64,000 nucleotides of DNA from Azolla caroliniana (taxonomy: Eukaryota; Plantae; Polypodiophyta). How positions within the stretch are numbered: the first letter of the stretch is position 1; every line of letters begins with the position of its first letter. The DNA lies in the NCBI GenBank assembly GCA_043228905.1, contig JBHGNT010000009.1, positions 17,546,001-17,610,000 of the forward strand, written 5' to 3'. Position numbers and translations under genes: made by a program. The notes beneath the pieces were generated by a model. That model was not told the DNA's origin. It searched no databases and worked only from the letters and a program-made list of their open reading frames with translations. Shown in pieces: positions 1 to 13,900 of the stretch.

Positions 1-1499
1 ACTTTGGTGGGTTTTCTTCAACTAAGCATATGTATCACACAAATATAGTTTCCATGCACTTTTGAATAACCTTTACCCATATGCATACCATTGTGTTTAT
101 CAAATGAACCACCTCATCTATATTTCATTTTATAGACTGAGTATGTACGAGACACTTTATATGGCGATCTTTCCTACCTTACCTACTTTTATGGTTGTTT
201 ATCTTTTGCCAAAATGGTGACTTTGTGTTTATTTTAAAACTATCGTGTTTGTCTTTTAGAGTACACGAGGACAAAGAAACATTTTTTAACTTATTTTTTT
301 GTCATTCCAACTTAAAGAAATTTGCCCATTTGTACCTGATTACTTTCACTCATTGTGGTCGTTCCAGTATATACTAACTTTCATCGGTTTGTGTAAAATT
401 AGTCATATTTTGCATGAATTATTCTTCACCAAATCTCTATGGCTTTAGCCTAGACTATCGGATGAAATGAATTACTAACAAAATCCAAGATAATCACATA
501 CATTCATAATATAAGAGTTTTGTGCACTCTTATCCCATTGAATCAGTAGTTCGAACTACCAATTTAGGTGTGGACTCCTTCGAGGATGAGACAATGAAGC
601 ACATTAGTCTTGTTAATATTTATCTCTCACATGAACATACCTAATCCATGAAATGTCCCATTCCTTGCTTGCATCAACATTATTTCTAACTTGATCATAC
701 AATTATGAACTTTATTATTCAAGAATTACTAAGCACAAATATCTAGTTTTCTTCTTTTCTATGAAGCCTACATGTACAAGCAAACATCAAGGTGTAACCG
801 ACGTTTGGTTTCCTGTTATACCATATACATATGGGCATTGGGAATCAAAACCAGAACCCAAGACTCTTAGTTAAATTTGATCATTAAGGACTAATACGAG
901 TGAGGAAGCACAAAATAACTAAGATCTAATGAGAGTGATCGGAAAGAGGAAGAAACAATATGGCCCCAATAGACCTATGTATTAGATGATCACTCAATAT
1001 ACTATTAATGTGACAAGGATCACGCTAGTACAAATGGAAGTTGTTGGAGATTGTCATAGGGCATATAATAGCACGAATGTTATATGTGTTCCTTTGTATA
1101 AACTTGTTGGCCATTCAACATAAATGATTTGATTTTGAATAATGAATTTATGGCCATATACCTCACATACTATGTAGTTTTTGTTGGTAAGTTAACCATT
1201 TCTTGTTAGAAAATCTCCTTTCTCTATAAAAAAAAACTTGTTAGTGTCTAGAAGATACATCACATGTGTAATTCAATTTGTGATGTTTGGTAACAATATT
1301 CAAGATAAAATGACAAGTTTTTCATATACTTGTCATTGAATACCAATTATTCTTCATGTGGTTCAAACTTTGTTCATTATAAAGTGACAAGTATTATAAA
1401 GGGAAAATAGTTCTCGTGGATTTACCACACATAAAATGTATAATCCATCACCAATGTCAAATGTATAACCCATCAAATCCACTTAATCCATCACCAATC

Positions 1500-4075
1500 G
1501 TCAAATGTATAACCCAACAAATGCACTTAGTATTTTCATAGCCGTACACAAATATTTCTTCGACATCTTCTCCTTATAACAATGGTTCAACCCATGTAGA
1601 AAACATTTTCCTTCCATATTTAATTTCTTTCATGAATAGTTGATGGAACATCAAATGTAACCTTATTATGCTATATAACTTTATGATTTGGGTTATTCTA
1701 GTTTATTTGAAGACGTTTCTTGATGGAACGATGAAACACGTCTAATTCTCTTAAAATACATTATATTCAACATATCACCTATTGATGTTATGTAAATCCA
1801 TGATCTTATATGATTATATCTAATTGAAGAAAACCATGTTTTCTCACATCATTATGATTATTTTCTCTACGAGTACTATGTTATATGTAATGTTGAACCA
1901 TATTGAGTTCACAATATTTTATTGATGCATAAAGTCGATCTTTCTTGATAAAATGTACTAGCATAGGTGTGAGGTTTAATTTACATACTCCTTCAAGTTT
2001 CAAGCAACTTCTCCAATTTCCAAACATGTAAAGGAGAATGTTTAACAAAAGTCATTGTGAATTTTGTGATAAGACTATTATCTCTCCTTCACGGACAAAT
2101 CACGATTCTCCAATGCTTACGATATGGATCTTCTCATGAAACATTAAAAAGAAATACTAGGTCACCAAAAATTACAATGTCCATCAATGGATATTGAATA
2201 TCATACTTTGATTTTTTTGCTCATAATCGTCTAAAGAACTAGGTTGTTTAAATAAATATTTCTTGTTTCCTAACCTATTAGTTTATTGGCATTCAAGGTT
2301 ATGATGTGAAATAAAAGGTCACATACATTATCACTAGCATTTAACATTCGTTTATTCAAGCCAACAATGGATTATCATATTCCGTTAATTTCATTTTCAT
2401 TTGACTCCTCATACGCCACAATGCCATGATCTTCCTTGTCCCTATAAAGCTTTCTGAAAAGGAATGCTTGCACATTTTTTGATGTCATGTGCATATTTTG
2501 TCTATGCTGACATAGAAATCCCAAATTGTACTTACATATATGTACATGGCCATGCCACTTTTGCTTTTCCAATTTATTTCCTTCCCCACATTATCCCAAT
2601 AATTGATACGACCATTTAGATACAAGTTTCTTTTAGTTGAGTATTGCACTACTTTTGCATTGACATTCCAATATTATCGATTAACATAGCTTTCCATTCA
2701 ATCATTTGTGCATGTGGTGTCATGTTCCATGAGCTCTTTCGCCACTTGGTAGATGAAATGTCTTCATGAGGGGTCAACGAAGATATGATTTGCATTGTTT
2801 ATTTTATAGGCATAACCTTACGAACCAATTCTATAGCTAATTTTTAATGGGTTAAGGGTTGAAGGGGTGTAGCTAGTTTCCTTTATTTAACTCAGCATCT
2901 AAGGCTCCAACATCATCATGTGTTCTCATGTGTCATAAGTCCATATGGGTCTATCCAAAATCCTAAGATAATCAAACTCCTGACTATCCAACCCTTAACA
3001 TAATATAATTTGCAATCAAATTGATCCATAAGGTTATGCCTACAAAACTTTCATAATAAACTTTGATTATTGAAGTGAATTAATGTCCATTGAACTTTTG
3101 TATATAGTTAGTATGGACTACATGGTTAAAAAGTGAGTCCAACATAAACCAAACCATTTAGCCTTGATTAATCAATTTGGCAGTTCAGTTCGACTCAATT
3201 CAAACCTAAGTTTTCTTAACTAGTTTGAGCTCAGTTTGGTTTGGCTTGAACGTGCTTAACCACCTTAAATTGGTTAAGTCATTTATAATTTCTTTTAATT
3301 ATCCTTGGATCACCCTTTTGTAGACTTCTTCTAAGCATTAAGTGTTGTCGTGATTAATTGAGTAATAAAACTTTTCATGTTTCCCCTCTCATACTCCAAG
3401 TTTTGCTTGCCCATAAGTATAATTAAGTATTTAAATTTGTTAAGCCCTAATTTCTTCTGGTTTAGAACCTTGGCAATTCCGCCTCACAATCCACACACAC
3501 TGGCAGATTTTCGTGACAACGCAACTCCTTCTATTGACTTCTAAACTCTTTTGTGTCATGATTTGTAGTTGAATTCTACAAGCAAGAAGAGCATGGAAGC
3601 ATGAGGAAAACTTCATAGATGCTCTAGATAGACAAGCAAATGAAACTAGGGTGATCCATGAGTAAGCATCTCGAAGTGCAAATTGATGAAACCTTTAAAT
3701 AATGTCTCTCGCAAGACCAAATGTCAGAAAATGTTGAGATAATGCCAAAAGGCAAGAAAATCCATGAAGTGTATCCAAAACCGTGTGATAATTTACTCAA
3801 TGCCAACATCATAATGGGTATACACAACTATGAGGAAAGTGAGTATGTTATACAACAAACAACATACCAAGCATTGTAAGTGAAGCTTATGAAAAAATGG
3901 TTATGTAACACATCAAAGTCACAAACAACAAATAAAATATAGAAACACAACGGAATCGAGTGAGAAATATCATCAAAGAGCATAATATATGTATTCACCA
4001 ACAAAGAAGCTAGTCAAGCTTGTCCCTTGTAAGGGTAGAGCTACAAGAACTACCTAATGCGTTTGATACCATGTC
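1500..4075 (-). mobile_element. Highly degenerate Ty1/Copia internal region (gag-pol remnants)
   Basis: Minus-strand PBS-like TGGTATCAAA (plus strand tttgatacca, about 4062-4070). Faint RT-like residues 'RKLYRDKEDHGIVAYE' resemble KSLYGLKQAPRAWY (ORF 2375..2572). Many stops, and boundaries are approximate. Confidence 0.35.
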
Positions 4076-5129
4076 AAATTTACTTGAAGAATGAAGGTGC
4101 ATTTTCTTTTATATTGGATAATAACATAGAGTGTAGACATATACTCTTTGGCAGGTCGTATACCATGCATTTATTTATTTGTTTTCTAGCTCCATTATTC
4201 TAATTTGTGATATAGATCCTCGAATGCATAAATATGGAAGATAATCAAGCTACAACTCATTTATCTTCACCATCTGAGGTGGCATCGACCTCAATTCCTA
4301 GATGTAAAACAAGGGCAAGAAAAATATCTTCATGAACTAAGCAACACATCCTCTCCATCAAAGGAAAGAGATATATGTAAACATTGTTGCTTCATGAAAT
4401 GAAAACATATTTAAATATTATTAACATTGCCATGTATTAGGCTCAAACCCATAAACTCATACATGAACGACCAAGGGTGAACCATTACGATAAGTTTTTC
4501 TACAAATTTATATTATTATAATTATGTCTTATGTAGTATTGTATACATGGTGAATCAAACAAGCAACATGACTTTCACGCATCACACATGAGACATGTGC
4601 GCCAAGTGGCGATCACACATCGCATACATCACATGCACTCTCACACACATGGACTCAACAACACATACATTCTTATTTAAACACTTATTTAAGGAGAAGG
4701 AATTAAAGCATGTAGGCATCAAGAAAAATATGTTATGACATATGATGAGTGTCACAAACATATAGAGTAGAGCAAATCAGAGCAAGGCAAAAGGTAGGAT
4801 ACTGAGAGATAGAGCGAGAAGCAAGAGATAGACAAAGTTGAATAAAGGATTTCGTAACTGGTGTTGTTCACCTTGACTACGATCAAGGTGAACCCGTGTA
4901 TTTATACATGTTTGTGGGCTCAACATATAGTTCCATGTAGAGACCTATTTTTATGCAGAAGCTTCTAGAATGTTCCAACTTCTGGAGCTTTTTGGAAGCT
5001 TCTAAAAATTCCTAGAACATAAATTTATAGATAATATACTAAGATGTGTTGGTTAAAACATAACACTTCATTATAATACAAGAGGTCAATAGTTTGAATC
5101 TTGACATGATTATTGTCATGACCATGACA

Positions 5130-5760
5130 AAGGGTGGACAATTAATAGTTTGAAAGGATTTTATTCAAATTTGACTTTACATTGGGTTTCTTTAGAGCCA
5201 AACAAGCCAGTTAGTGTGCTTTTAGACTTTCTAGATGTCTTTCTAGGAGGTGGGGTAGGAAAACATGTTTAACAAGCTTTATTCTAGAGTCTAAGTTAAT
5301 TTGATATTCCCTTGCATTTTCCATCCACAACATTTGATGGTGCTAGTGAAAATATAACTACATCAAAAGAATAGGCTAAACGGTTGCTTAGCCACAATGG
5401 ACAAATATACATTTTATATTCATGTCATATGTTAAGGTGCATGGTTCATACATATCAACTTGGTGTAAAGTTTGCATTAGAGGTTATTACTCCTACTATG
5501 AAGTTAAGGAAGATACTACATTCTATTCACACAAGTAAAGTTAGTAGAGCTATATTTTTAAAATGCATGAAAATAGAGAGAAAATTGTCAAGTCTAGATT
5601 GTATGCTAGATGGAAAATCAACTCTAATAATGTTTCAACAATCTATAAAGTTAAGAGATGTCTGGAGTTGTACCATAGGTAACAAGGCTATTACTCATGA
5701 GTTTGTTGATCATACACTCACAATAGAATATTCAAATAATATACCAAGTCCTGGTTAATT
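5130..5760 (+). pseudogene. hAT (Ac-like) transposase remnant
   Basis: Translation gives GWT..LTLHWVS, TFDGASEN, the CxxH motif LRCMVHTYQLGVKFAL, and SLDCMLDGKSTLIM (similar to LDxxTRWNSTxxM). Repeated TTAACC(G/A)GTT subterminal-like motifs occur at about 6445-6565. Confidence 0.6.
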
Positions 5761-7584
5761 GCGCATGCTTAAAATTACATGAGTGGCTCAAAGTACCCAA
5801 CCCTCTCAATAACAACACTTGTAATCAATCATTTATTATCACATTATAATAATCATATACCTATGGGATATAAACTCGGTCGAGTCACCCTCCGAGAAGA
5901 AAGTCTATTCCATCTTGAATCATAATGTTTCTTGACCCCGAGGTATTTTTATATATGTTCATTTTCAGTTTTTGTAAATTTTGTAATTGCATAATTTTCA
6001 AAGGAGAAACCTCCTTTGGTGACTTTTGTAGTTGATCTTTTCTCTTCTCTATCTCCTCAATTGACCTTTCTCTGCTCATGTGACCTAAGCTAGAGATCGT
6101 TCCTTCGATTTTCTTAATCTGTCACTTGAGCAAGTAGAGTAATTAGGGTTAGGTACAACTTAGCTACACCTTAGTCACTCATCTTCTTGTATGTGTGTTG
6201 AAGATTCTCATATTAACAAAGACAAGTTTGCAATTAATACATATGAAATTGTTGTTTTTCTTTACATATACATATGCATGTATGCTTAACATTCAAGCGC
6301 TTGTTAAGATTTAACTAGTTTCTTAATTAAGAGTTGGAAAAGTGATGAATTTTTGGATGTTTTGAATACTTTAGGTTTATGAAACACAACCCTTTTTGGA
6401 AATATTCATGTTTATTCTTGCAAATTTATAGATGTTAATATTAAGCTTAAACCGGTTACGGCTTAACCGGTTTAAGTTTGAAATCTTCTAAACCAGTTAA
6501 AGCTTAACCAATTTGGCTTGGGCAATGCTTAACCAGTTAGGCCCAAATTGATAATCTTAACACTCTAATGTATTTGAAAAACCTTGGTTTTGAGAAGTAA
6601 GCTCATTTATCAAATGTAGTAACTATGTTGTACATGTAATTAGTCATGAGCACTTGAACATATAAGTGTGGTATAAGGGTGCTCTATGTTTTGTTTAATA
6701 TAATATTTGATAGCTCCATTTTAAGATTTGTATAGAACTCTATTTACATGCAATGTTTAACATTACTTAGTCAACAAATTAAGAGTAGTATCATAAGTAT
6801 TCTAGCATTAGCAAGTGGAGTGTAAATGTACACATTGACAACTCAAGGTCACAATTGGTAGTGCGTATAGTGGGAAAGCTCAACAAAAAATACACATTGT
6901 GGAGATTCAAGATGACCACCATTTTTGGTTTCCTACAACATGGTACCCAACATTGATGCAATGATACTAGAAGTCTTGTAGATCCAACAAGGGCCTATCA
7001 TCCTAATCAAATGACTTTTTAAGCCTTCGTTCTCTATGTATATTTTAGGTTGGAGAGTTCACACTAACCCAACCAACTAGCCTTTTACCTTAGGACATGA
7101 TAGTCACACTTACTCCAGAGTTTCCTACGCCCATCTACACTCATTGGATGAGCACGATGGAAGGTAGAAAGCCTATATGGAATTGTTTTAGGCATAATGA
7201 AATATTTACTCTTTAAATGTGATGCATGCTTGGATAATTGAACAAGATCACATGTCTAGGATCTAAAACCTAGACACTTAGTTAGTTTTCAAGTAGATGG
7301 TGTGGAAAAAGTAGCAGTATTTATCATAGGAATAAAGCACCTCATGACATGATGTTTAATGTCAAGTTAGTGATGTAGAGATGACGTTGTCGTGAGGTTT
7401 TCGTGCCACGATGAAAAAATAACCACTACCTAAGTATACGAACTGATTCAAATATTTGTAAATGGTTGTTTAGCTAAGCGATAGCGAATAACTTGATAAG
7501 AACCACTCGCCATAGGATGATAATATTATGTGCAAATAGCTAGTTGAATCTACGAAAAAAACATAACATCGAGTAAAATATTTT

Positions 7585-7820
7585 AAAGCTAAATAGCTCT
7601 TATCAAACACATTTTGCTATAATTATCACTATCAAGTATTTTCGCTATTACCCACTTTTAAAGTTAAATAGTTGTTATCAATACATTTTGCTATTATCAC
7701 TATATCATGTATTTTAGATATTAAAGCTATTACCCACTTTTAACGCTAAATACGTATTCAAAGCACATTTTTGCTATGATCACTATCAGGTATTTTAGCT
7801 ATTAAAGCCATTACCCACTA
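7585..7820. repeat. About 3 degenerate tandem copies of a 65-80 bp unit (..aaatag..atcaa..cacattttgctat..cactatc..gtattt..gctattacccact..)
   Basis: Direct repeats visible in the sequence. Confidence 0.6.
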
Positions 7821-7914
7821 ATGTAGGTGCCTCTTATGCATGGATGATAGTTGGGACGCATGCATCCTCCTTCCTCATACATGGGTAACACTTGGCACTC
7901 ATGCACCCACTTTT

Positions 7915-8218
7915 TGTTTGCATAAAAGGCCGACTCCTTCCATTTTGTATCCTAGAGTGAATTCATCCAAAAGAGTTAGGGCTTAGTATATAAGCAATAA
8001 CCTAACATTGTAAAGAGAGAACTTATTGATCATCTTGTATAGCGATCTCAGAGAGAGCGAGAGAGGGAAAACGAATGCAATAACAAAGCTTCCATTAAAG
8101 CTTAAATTGTGCCTATCTTCTATTGTATCTTCTTGCCTCCATTCTATGTAGTTTGTTGAACACATACAACAGGTCCTCATACACACACACATACGCTTCC
8201 GCGCATATTCGATCAACA
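7915..8218 (+). mobile_element. Solo LTR with 5-bp TSD (CTTTT)
   Basis: Starts TGTTTG and ends CAACA. CTTTT flanks both sides (7910-7914, 8219-8223). Internal TATATAAGC. Similar to the LTR copies at 9297 and 10267. Confidence 0.8.
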
Positions 8219-9284
8219 CTTTTCTCATGCATGGGTGACACTTGGCACTCATGGACCCACCTTCCTCATGTATAAAAAGGGGGTGAGTAATCTTATCAAG
8301 GGGGGCAATAATGGTAGATGGGAAATACTATTGTAATACGATAGACAAACTATATTATTGTAATCATCTTGGAAATATCAATATAAGGTATTTTGTTTCT
8401 CCTCTTTCTTTGACAAGAAGCTCAATGCTTACTTCCCATATTCACATTTTTCCTTTTCGTTGCACGTTGTCATGATGTTGTTGCTTCACGATGTCAAAAC
8501 AATGTCAAAAATCTATAGAAGCACATTTCCCATCTGGATCTTATGACGATGAGCATGTAGGAATTTTTGGTTCGTGAATCCGAGTTCAAAAGCCCAAGAT
8601 ACAAGCTTCGGAAGGACTAATGCAACTCGGCACACAAATGTAATTATGTAAAAAGGGGGATTCGAAATTAAATAAGGGCCATTTTTGTAATTTCTCAAAT
8701 GTACAACTACAAAATCGAATTTGAAGAATTTATAAATATAAATAAATAAATAAATAATAATAACCGCCTACATGAGGCAGTCTGTCAACCGCCTCAAGAG
8801 GGTGGTAGGGTGGTTGACCACCCTATAAAAGCCACGCCCATGGTGGCTAAAGGGGAAGGGTAGAGCGGTAAAAAGGAAGAGGAGAAGAAGAAGGGAGAGA
8901 AGGAAGGAAGTGAGGGAGGAAGCTCGCAAGAGGAAGGGATGCAGAGGTCGCTCATGAAGTTAGGGGCCTGCTTAACAGAAGACAAAAACTAAAGAAAAGA
9001 GAGGGAAAAGAAGAAAACTGAGAAGTTGAAGTGGTTTATCTACTATCTCAATGAAGTGGTCTATCTTAAACGTATCTTCTTAAATAGAGGTCATGAGTTC
9101 AAGTCTTGCCAAGCAACTTTTGGCAAATAAATATTGTAAGTGGTGTTTTACAAATAAATTTCTTTTCGCAATAATGTTGCATCTATCTTGCTTTCTCGAC
9201 TTCTTGTCATTGCACCATCCACACGATCATCCCCGAGTCACAGACCCACCGACGGTTATGACACACAACCACAATCTTTACGAC

Positions 9285-9586
9285 AACGGGGGAGGTTGTT
9301 GGCATAAAAGGTCGACTTCTTCCACTTTGTATCCTAGTGTCTGAACACGTCCAAATATTTATGGCTTAGTATATAAGCAATAACCTAACGTTGTAACTGA
9401 GAACTTCTTGATCATTCTTGTATCTTGAGTCTCCGAGGGAGAGAGAGAACAGAGAAATAACGAAACCTTCCTTTAAAGCTAAAAAATGTGTCTATGCTTC
9501 TGTCTATTCTCCTGTCATACCTTATGTGTTGTTTGTTGAGCACATAACCAACATGTCTCTACATACTTCCACATACGCATCGAACA
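9285..9586 (+). mobile_element. LTR copy of the same family, preceded by a polypurine tract
   Basis: ACGGGGGAGGT|TGTTGGCATAAAAGGTCGAC...; homologous to 7915-8218. The 3' end is approximate. Confidence 0.65.
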
Positions 9587-10255
9587 TCATAGACAACAAA
9601 AACACATTCAGCTATGGTTTCATCATATCCGAGAGCTCGTAATAGAGAAGAAGGTCGAAGTTCGGAAGATCGACACCGAGGTGAACATCGTCGATTGCCT
9701 GATGAAGCCACTCCCATATCAACGCCTCGGAGCATTGAGGACAATGATGGGACTACGACAAGCGACCGAGCAAAAGAGAGCCAAACAAATAGCAGTGAAA
9801 AGAAAGTCGTAGACCGGCCCGATCAGACGAGCCGAAAAGGCACAATCAAAACAATCGGAATGCCAAGAGGTTGAAGATGCGGCACTGAGCAAGGATACCG
9901 ACTGGAAAGGAATGAATTGAGGGGCAAATGAACCCAAAGACAGATCGAAGATTTAGCGAGGAGCACAGGAACAAGCGCATACAGAGAGCAGACGATCGAC
10001 GAGAGGCCAAGAATCAGAATTGGGCATGAGCCGATTCGGACGCAAGATTATTCGAACTAGTCAATCCAACCAACTCAGACAGGCCGATCCAGATGACATG
10101 CGATTCGGATAGCTAGCTGAATAAGGCTAGAGCCCGACTTCACCTCTGCAGATTCGGTCAAATGCCGACAGTATTGTATTTATACTTGTAACTATAGATT
10201 AGATTTGTAATCTAGGTTCATGGGGGAGATAACCCCGATTATTTGTTGCCCTTTT

Positions 10256-10543
10256 ACGGGGGAGTTTGTTGGCATAAAAGGTCGACTCCTTCCATTTTGT
10301 ATCCTTAGTGTGAACACATTCTCTAACTAGGGCTTGAATATATAAGCTCAAGCATAACGTTGTAAAGATAGTCTTGGAGAGAAAAGAGTTACAGAGAAGA
10401 GAATAAGAGAGAACTTTCATTGAAGATTAATCTATGTCTATCGTCTACCTTTCCTCCTCTTCCACGTGCTGCATATCTGTGTTGTTTGTTGTACACATTT
10501 TACCTTGCAAGTCCTCATACAAACTTTCGCATTCATCTGACCA
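10256..10543 (+). mobile_element. LTR copy of the same family, preceded by a polypurine tract
   Basis: ACGGGGGAGTT|TGTTGGCATAAAAGGTCGACTCC...TATATAAGC; homologous to the copies at 7915 and 9297. The 3' end is approximate. Confidence 0.65.
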
Positions 10544-11047
10544 TACACTTTCACAAGCTCTAGTGCAAAGTGTCATATGCCATGGATAACCTTGTCGCTT
10601 CAATGTCTTACTCCTAAATGTCACGTTTAGCATCATAGAAACGTGAACCGCTTTTATCGTCCGCAAAAAATGTGTTGCATACATTGAGTATTACATTGCC
10701 ACGTTGAACATTGTGTATTATGTCGAACCTTGTAATGAATAAAAATATATAAATACAAAAAACGTGTCTCTTGTACCCTAGTGCTCTCATTCTCTCATTA
10801 TCTCTATCATACTCTCTTGCTTGCTCTTGGCCCTCTTTCACTCTCACTTATGAGCACATTTTCTACCTCTCATGATCTTCCACCTCAAGTCATGCTCTCC
10901 AAAATTTACAATTCTCATGCTCCTTGAATCTCTTCATCATTCTTAAAATCCAAATCCAAAAGAAATAAGTTGGATAAGCCAAAATAAATCGATTCATTTT
11001 TCCATTGAATTATATAAAAATTACAGTTAGTCATTTTACAAAAGGAA

Positions 11048-12065
11048 ATGTACATGTCCAATAACATAATTAACTATCATCTTCCTCCAATGATGATTCA
11101 TTATTCTAGTTCCTGTTTATGGGTGGGGGGTGGAGCCAAGATCGGCTCCACCCCCTCCCAAGGGGGTTCGAATGTGAGGGGAGAGAGATGCACAAAGAAT
11201 GAACAAGAGAGAGGAAGAATCGAGATAGACACAGTTGAGGGGTAACTCTAATATATTTTCTCCTTTTTTTCCATGCCCCATGGGTGGGGTTTAAATAGTA
11301 CAATATCTGATCAAACATTACAAAAAGCCAAATGGGGGTAGTTACGCCTACTTACCCCACCTCACACACACATTAACATTGAATATTACACCTTACACCT
11401 TCCACATTACACCTAACCCTCCCGTACACTTATACGGGTAACACCTGGCACGCCCGTGGGACAGTGCATTGCACGTCGATCCCACAAAGCCCATGCCAAA
11501 AACTCGTTGACCAGAAACTCCATCGGTCTTCTCTCGACTCACGGTCGGAAATCCCTCAACCGGATTACTGCCAAATCTAATTTTTGGTTGATCTATTCTT
11601 CTCAATTGACTTCATCAATGTTGTTCCTTCCATGAATTTTCGAAATGGGCTAAAGTAAACAATCTAAAAATTTAACGACTTGGCACAACACAATTACTTT
11701 CTTTTTTAAATGCATTTATCATTAGAGTCAATTGAGGATGCATGTTTGTGAAATATTTGTACATGTTCAATAACATAATTTTAACTATCGTCTTCCTCCA
11801 CTGATGATTCATTATTCTCCTCCCTAGAGTCTTTTCAGTTTATCCTTAGTTGGATCTGGATTTTTTGGTTGATCCGTTCTTTTCAATTGACTTCATTAAT
11901 GTTGTCCATTCTATGAATGTCTGAAACGTGTTAAAGTGAACATTATAAAAATGAAATAACAAGATGAAATGTTACGAGACAAGTTGGCACAACACAATTA
12001 CTGTTATCTAAAATGCATTTATCATCCGTTTCAATTAAGGGCACATGGTTGTGAAATATTTGTCT
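11048..12065. repeat. Local direct duplications (11048-11108 similar to 11758-11819; about 11575-11760 similar to about 11855-12065)
   Basis: Near-identical blocks such as 'aataacataatt..aactatc.tcttcctcca.tgatgattcattattct' and 'ttggcacaacacaattact...aaatgcatttatcat'. Confidence 0.6.
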
Positions 12066-12379
12066 TTTGCCCACAAATTGTAGTAAAACACCCATGATCT
12101 CCCCTCTACATTTAAGTCAAAACATGCCTTACAAACAATTATAGAAATAGATTTTGCTTACATAATAAAACGTTAAAACAAACATACAAAATGAGCTATA
12201 TCCAGGCAATTATGTTGCCTCTTCCCAAGTGTGAAACATGGCCCATGTGTACATGAGCTGCATTCGTTTCCTATTTTATGCAAATAACTCACATAAATGA
12301 TAAAACATAATTACATATAGTATAGTAAAAGTTAATAGAATAGATTAATGGTCAAACTAAAATTAGTACAAATCAAACA

Positions 12380-13150
12380 TTAGAACAATATATTTGTTGT
12401 TTCATCACCTACTAATAAGATTATTGGATTGACTTTTTGAAGTTTTCTTACAATAATTTTGTATATTCTTCTAGTGGATATACTCCGGTGTTTGCCAACA
12501 CAAGATGTTATCCCCATTAGAGGATGCTTGAACATACAAAAATCTCAAAAAATCTCGCCATTGAAAATCATCTACTTCGGCTACAAGAGATTGACATTGT
12601 TCTTTCTCATCATTTACATAATGCTCAAGCCACATGTAAGAAGCTTCTAGATCACCTTCATCTTCACTCATCACCAAAAGAACCTAAGTTTGAAGTTGGG
12701 GATCATGTATGGCTCATAAGTAGTAACATAAAGATCATTCTACCCTGCAATAAGTTGGATTATCAACACCATGGTTCATAAGTTATCATTGGCTAAATCA
12801 ATGAAGTCATGTTTCATCTTGATCTCCTTCCTCATATGGACCTCCATCCAATGTTTCATGCATCACTTTTGGAACCTTATGCTTTAAGCTCTATTTTGGA
12901 TTGTAATTAGGTAGTTGATCTAGAATACGAGGTGAAAACCATTTTGAACTCTAAAGCTGTGCTCAACAAATTATATTATTTGGTTGATTGGTTAGGTTAT
13001 ACACCTAATGATCGAACTTGGGAGTTTGTTGAAAATCTTGCTAATGTCATGGAAGTTATAATTGAATTTCATCATCAATATCCCAATAGACCAAGTCCTA
13101 GTTCATGCATGATGACTCGTGGAAGTCATCATCAATAGAAAGGGATAATG
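12380..13150 (+). mobile_element. Ty3/Gypsy chromovirus 3' fragment: integrase C-terminus, chromodomain and PPT
   Basis: GPY/F-type region 'PKFEVGDHVWL...PCNKLDYQHHG'. Chromodomain 'YEVKTILNSK...LYYLVDWLGYTPNDRTWE..ENLAN..EVIIEFHHQYP'. Purine tract AGAAAGGGATAA is followed by TGTCA at 13149. Confidence 0.85.
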
Positions 13151-13156
13151 TCATAA

Positions 13157-13158
<2 letters not shown>

Positions 13159-13230
<72 letters not shown>
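13159..13230. repeat. (GT)n microsatellite
   Basis: Direct observation. Confidence 0.95.
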
Positions 13231-13232
<2 letters not shown>

Positions 13233-13439
13233 TAAACTGTAATACCATAGTCATAAAAAAATAGTTATAGAGAAATTTGAACGCATGACTCCAAATATTA
13301 TGTATATCTAAGCTTTAACCAAAAAGTTATCATTTTTAATATTTACTAATTATGGCTCGTAAATAATATACGTTATACATGTAATATTACAAACTAATGC
13401 ATGATGGCCAAAATGCCACAAGCATCAACAAATGCAAGG

Positions 13440-13900
13440 TTGTAACTTGTGTGTATGTATCCCATATCAATATGTATGGGTTCAACAATGCTATATAAGA
13501 AGTTTCTTTGGCCATTGATGATTGGTTCGATGCCAGTCTTTGGCATATCCTTTTAATCTTCTTCTTCTCATTAATGCAATTAAATTCTTCCTATTCTTTC
13601 TATCTTTTTCTTGGCTATGGCCCTCACAATAGCCAACTAGAGTAAACACGTGTGATTAATATCATCTGTTACAACCCACAAGAATATTGTGCCATCGTTC
13701 TCTTCAATTAACTTTGATTATAGGTTGGATTAGAATGAGGGTGTAGTAATTGACAAACATATTGTTTTGTTGCATGTCATTAAACTTATGTAAGAGTTGA
13801 ACCTTGCATGTGGTTGTGTTCACGGCTAACAGCTTACAAACATTTCTCCACATGTCCTTCGGCATCTTTACATCTAGTATGTAGCCAAGCATATAACCTC
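13440..13900 (-). mobile_element. Copia gag remnant related to the element at 54434
   Basis: 'MLGYILDVKMPKDMWRNVCKLLAVNTTTCKVQLLHKF..QQNNMFVNYYT' aligns by eye to 'LLNYI*DAKTPKDAWANLKGIF..TMARKLQLRQEL..KQKDLPVADYT' at about 55180-55340. Confidence 0.6.
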
